Source of the DNA: Mytilus edulis
Taxonomy: Eukaryota
Length of the DNA: 64,000 bases
Assembly: GCF_963676685.1 (NCBI RefSeq)
Contig: NC_092349.1
Coordinates: 80,724,001-80,788,000 of the forward strand
Reading direction: 5' to 3'
Positions 62,945 to 64,000 of this stretch are shown here, one piece after another. The position numbers and the translations under genes are program-made. Position 1 is the first letter of the stretch, and every line of letters begins with the position of its first letter. Below the pieces are notes generated by a model. The model made no database searches and was not told the origin of the DNA. It worked only from the letters and a program-made list of their open reading frames with translations.

Positions 62945-63675
62945 TATGGCACGCCGTTTTTATATTTATTCAAATTTGACGATATCTTATTTATTTAACA
63001 AGATATCTTATTAAGTATTAAGATATCTTTAATTTTTATAAGATATCTTATTTAATTTGAAAGTAAATAAGATATCTCTATTAGTATATAAGATATCTCT
63101 ATTAGTAAATAAGATATCTCTATTAGTTTATAAGATATCTCTATAAGTTAATAAGATATCTCTATTAATTAATAAGATATCTTATAAAGTATATAAGATA
63201 TCTTACTTCTTTATAAAGATATCTTTTAAATACATACTTTATAAGATATCTTATTAATTAATAGAGATATCTTATAAACTAATAGAGATATCTTATTAAT
63301 TAATAGAGATATCTTATAAACTTATAGAGATATCTTATTAACTTATGGAGATATCTTATTAAGTAAATAAGATATCTCTATTATAAACTATATAAAAGAT
63401 ATCTTAAATAGTTAATAAGATATCTTATTAATTTAATAGAGATATCTTATATTTTAAATAAGATATCTTATATATTTAATAAGATATCTTTATAAACATT
63501 TTAATAAGATATCTTATTTAATAAATCAGATATCTCAATTAATATATAAGATATCTCAATTAATATAGAAGATATCTCATTTTGTTATTAAGATATCTCA
63601 ATTAGTTTATAAGATATCTTATTCAACTAAATAAGATATCTCGAAATTGAATAAATATAATAACGTCGTGCCATA
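62945..63675. mobile_element. Palindromic non-autonomous DNA transposon with a 6-bp TSD (IS3EU-like termini)
   Basis: AAAGGG|TATGGCACG...CGTGCCATA|AAAGGG. The interior is made of dozens of AGATATCT-centred AT-rich units. Confidence 0.8.
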
Positions 63676-64000
63676 AAAGGGAATGACAAATCGTCTCTTT
63701 CGTAGTAAATTTTACTATGAAGTTATTTTAGAAAGGAGTAGGTCCAGTAAGACCACTTTTTGGCCCCAAAATATAGCAGTTTTACAAAATTGTTAAACTG
63801 TAAACTTTTGGTTATTTATTGGGCAGTAGAATGCTTCTGCTACATAAATATAGGCTCTTTTTGACAATACAATGCACATATATCGGGTACTAGCACCATT
63901 AAGTCAGGCTAAATTACTGAAATCTTCACAATTCCAGCATTTTAGTTAAATTTTATACGGTTTTCGTGTAAAACGGAAGTGGCCGCATTCGTGTTCATCC

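Overview
AT-rich animal genomic DNA, most likely a bivalve (the interspersed repeats look Mytilus-type; inferred, not searched). The first ~55 kb is a tandem array of cGAS-like receptor genes (cGLR; Mab-21/cGAS-DncV nucleotidyltransferase fold, ~375 aa, CDS without introns). It holds 11 full-length or largely complete copies (9 on +, 2 on -, the two groups converging near a 157-N gap) plus 6 fragments. Only two copies (31776-32903 +, 53897-55030 -) are uninterrupted. Five more carry a single reading-frame lesion (two 1-nt A-homopolymer frameshifts, two single TAG codons, one 5-nt deletion). The duplication units carry repeated non-coding modules: IRF/ISRE-like cassettes downstream of + strand copies, kappaB-like sites upstream of one subfamily, and a GGTCAnnnTGACC palindrome upstream of another. 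The array also contains two families of type I hammerhead-ribozyme repeats (non-LTR retrozyme-like), some nested inside a hAT-type element with a perfect 8-bp TSD. Other elements are Penelope-like RT relics, TTAA-flanked non-autonomous transposons, a tRNA-headed repeat that has captured 111 bp of a cGLR gene, a Ty3/gypsy Gag fragment and a palindromic element with a 6-bp TSD. All calls were made by eye; no database searches were run.
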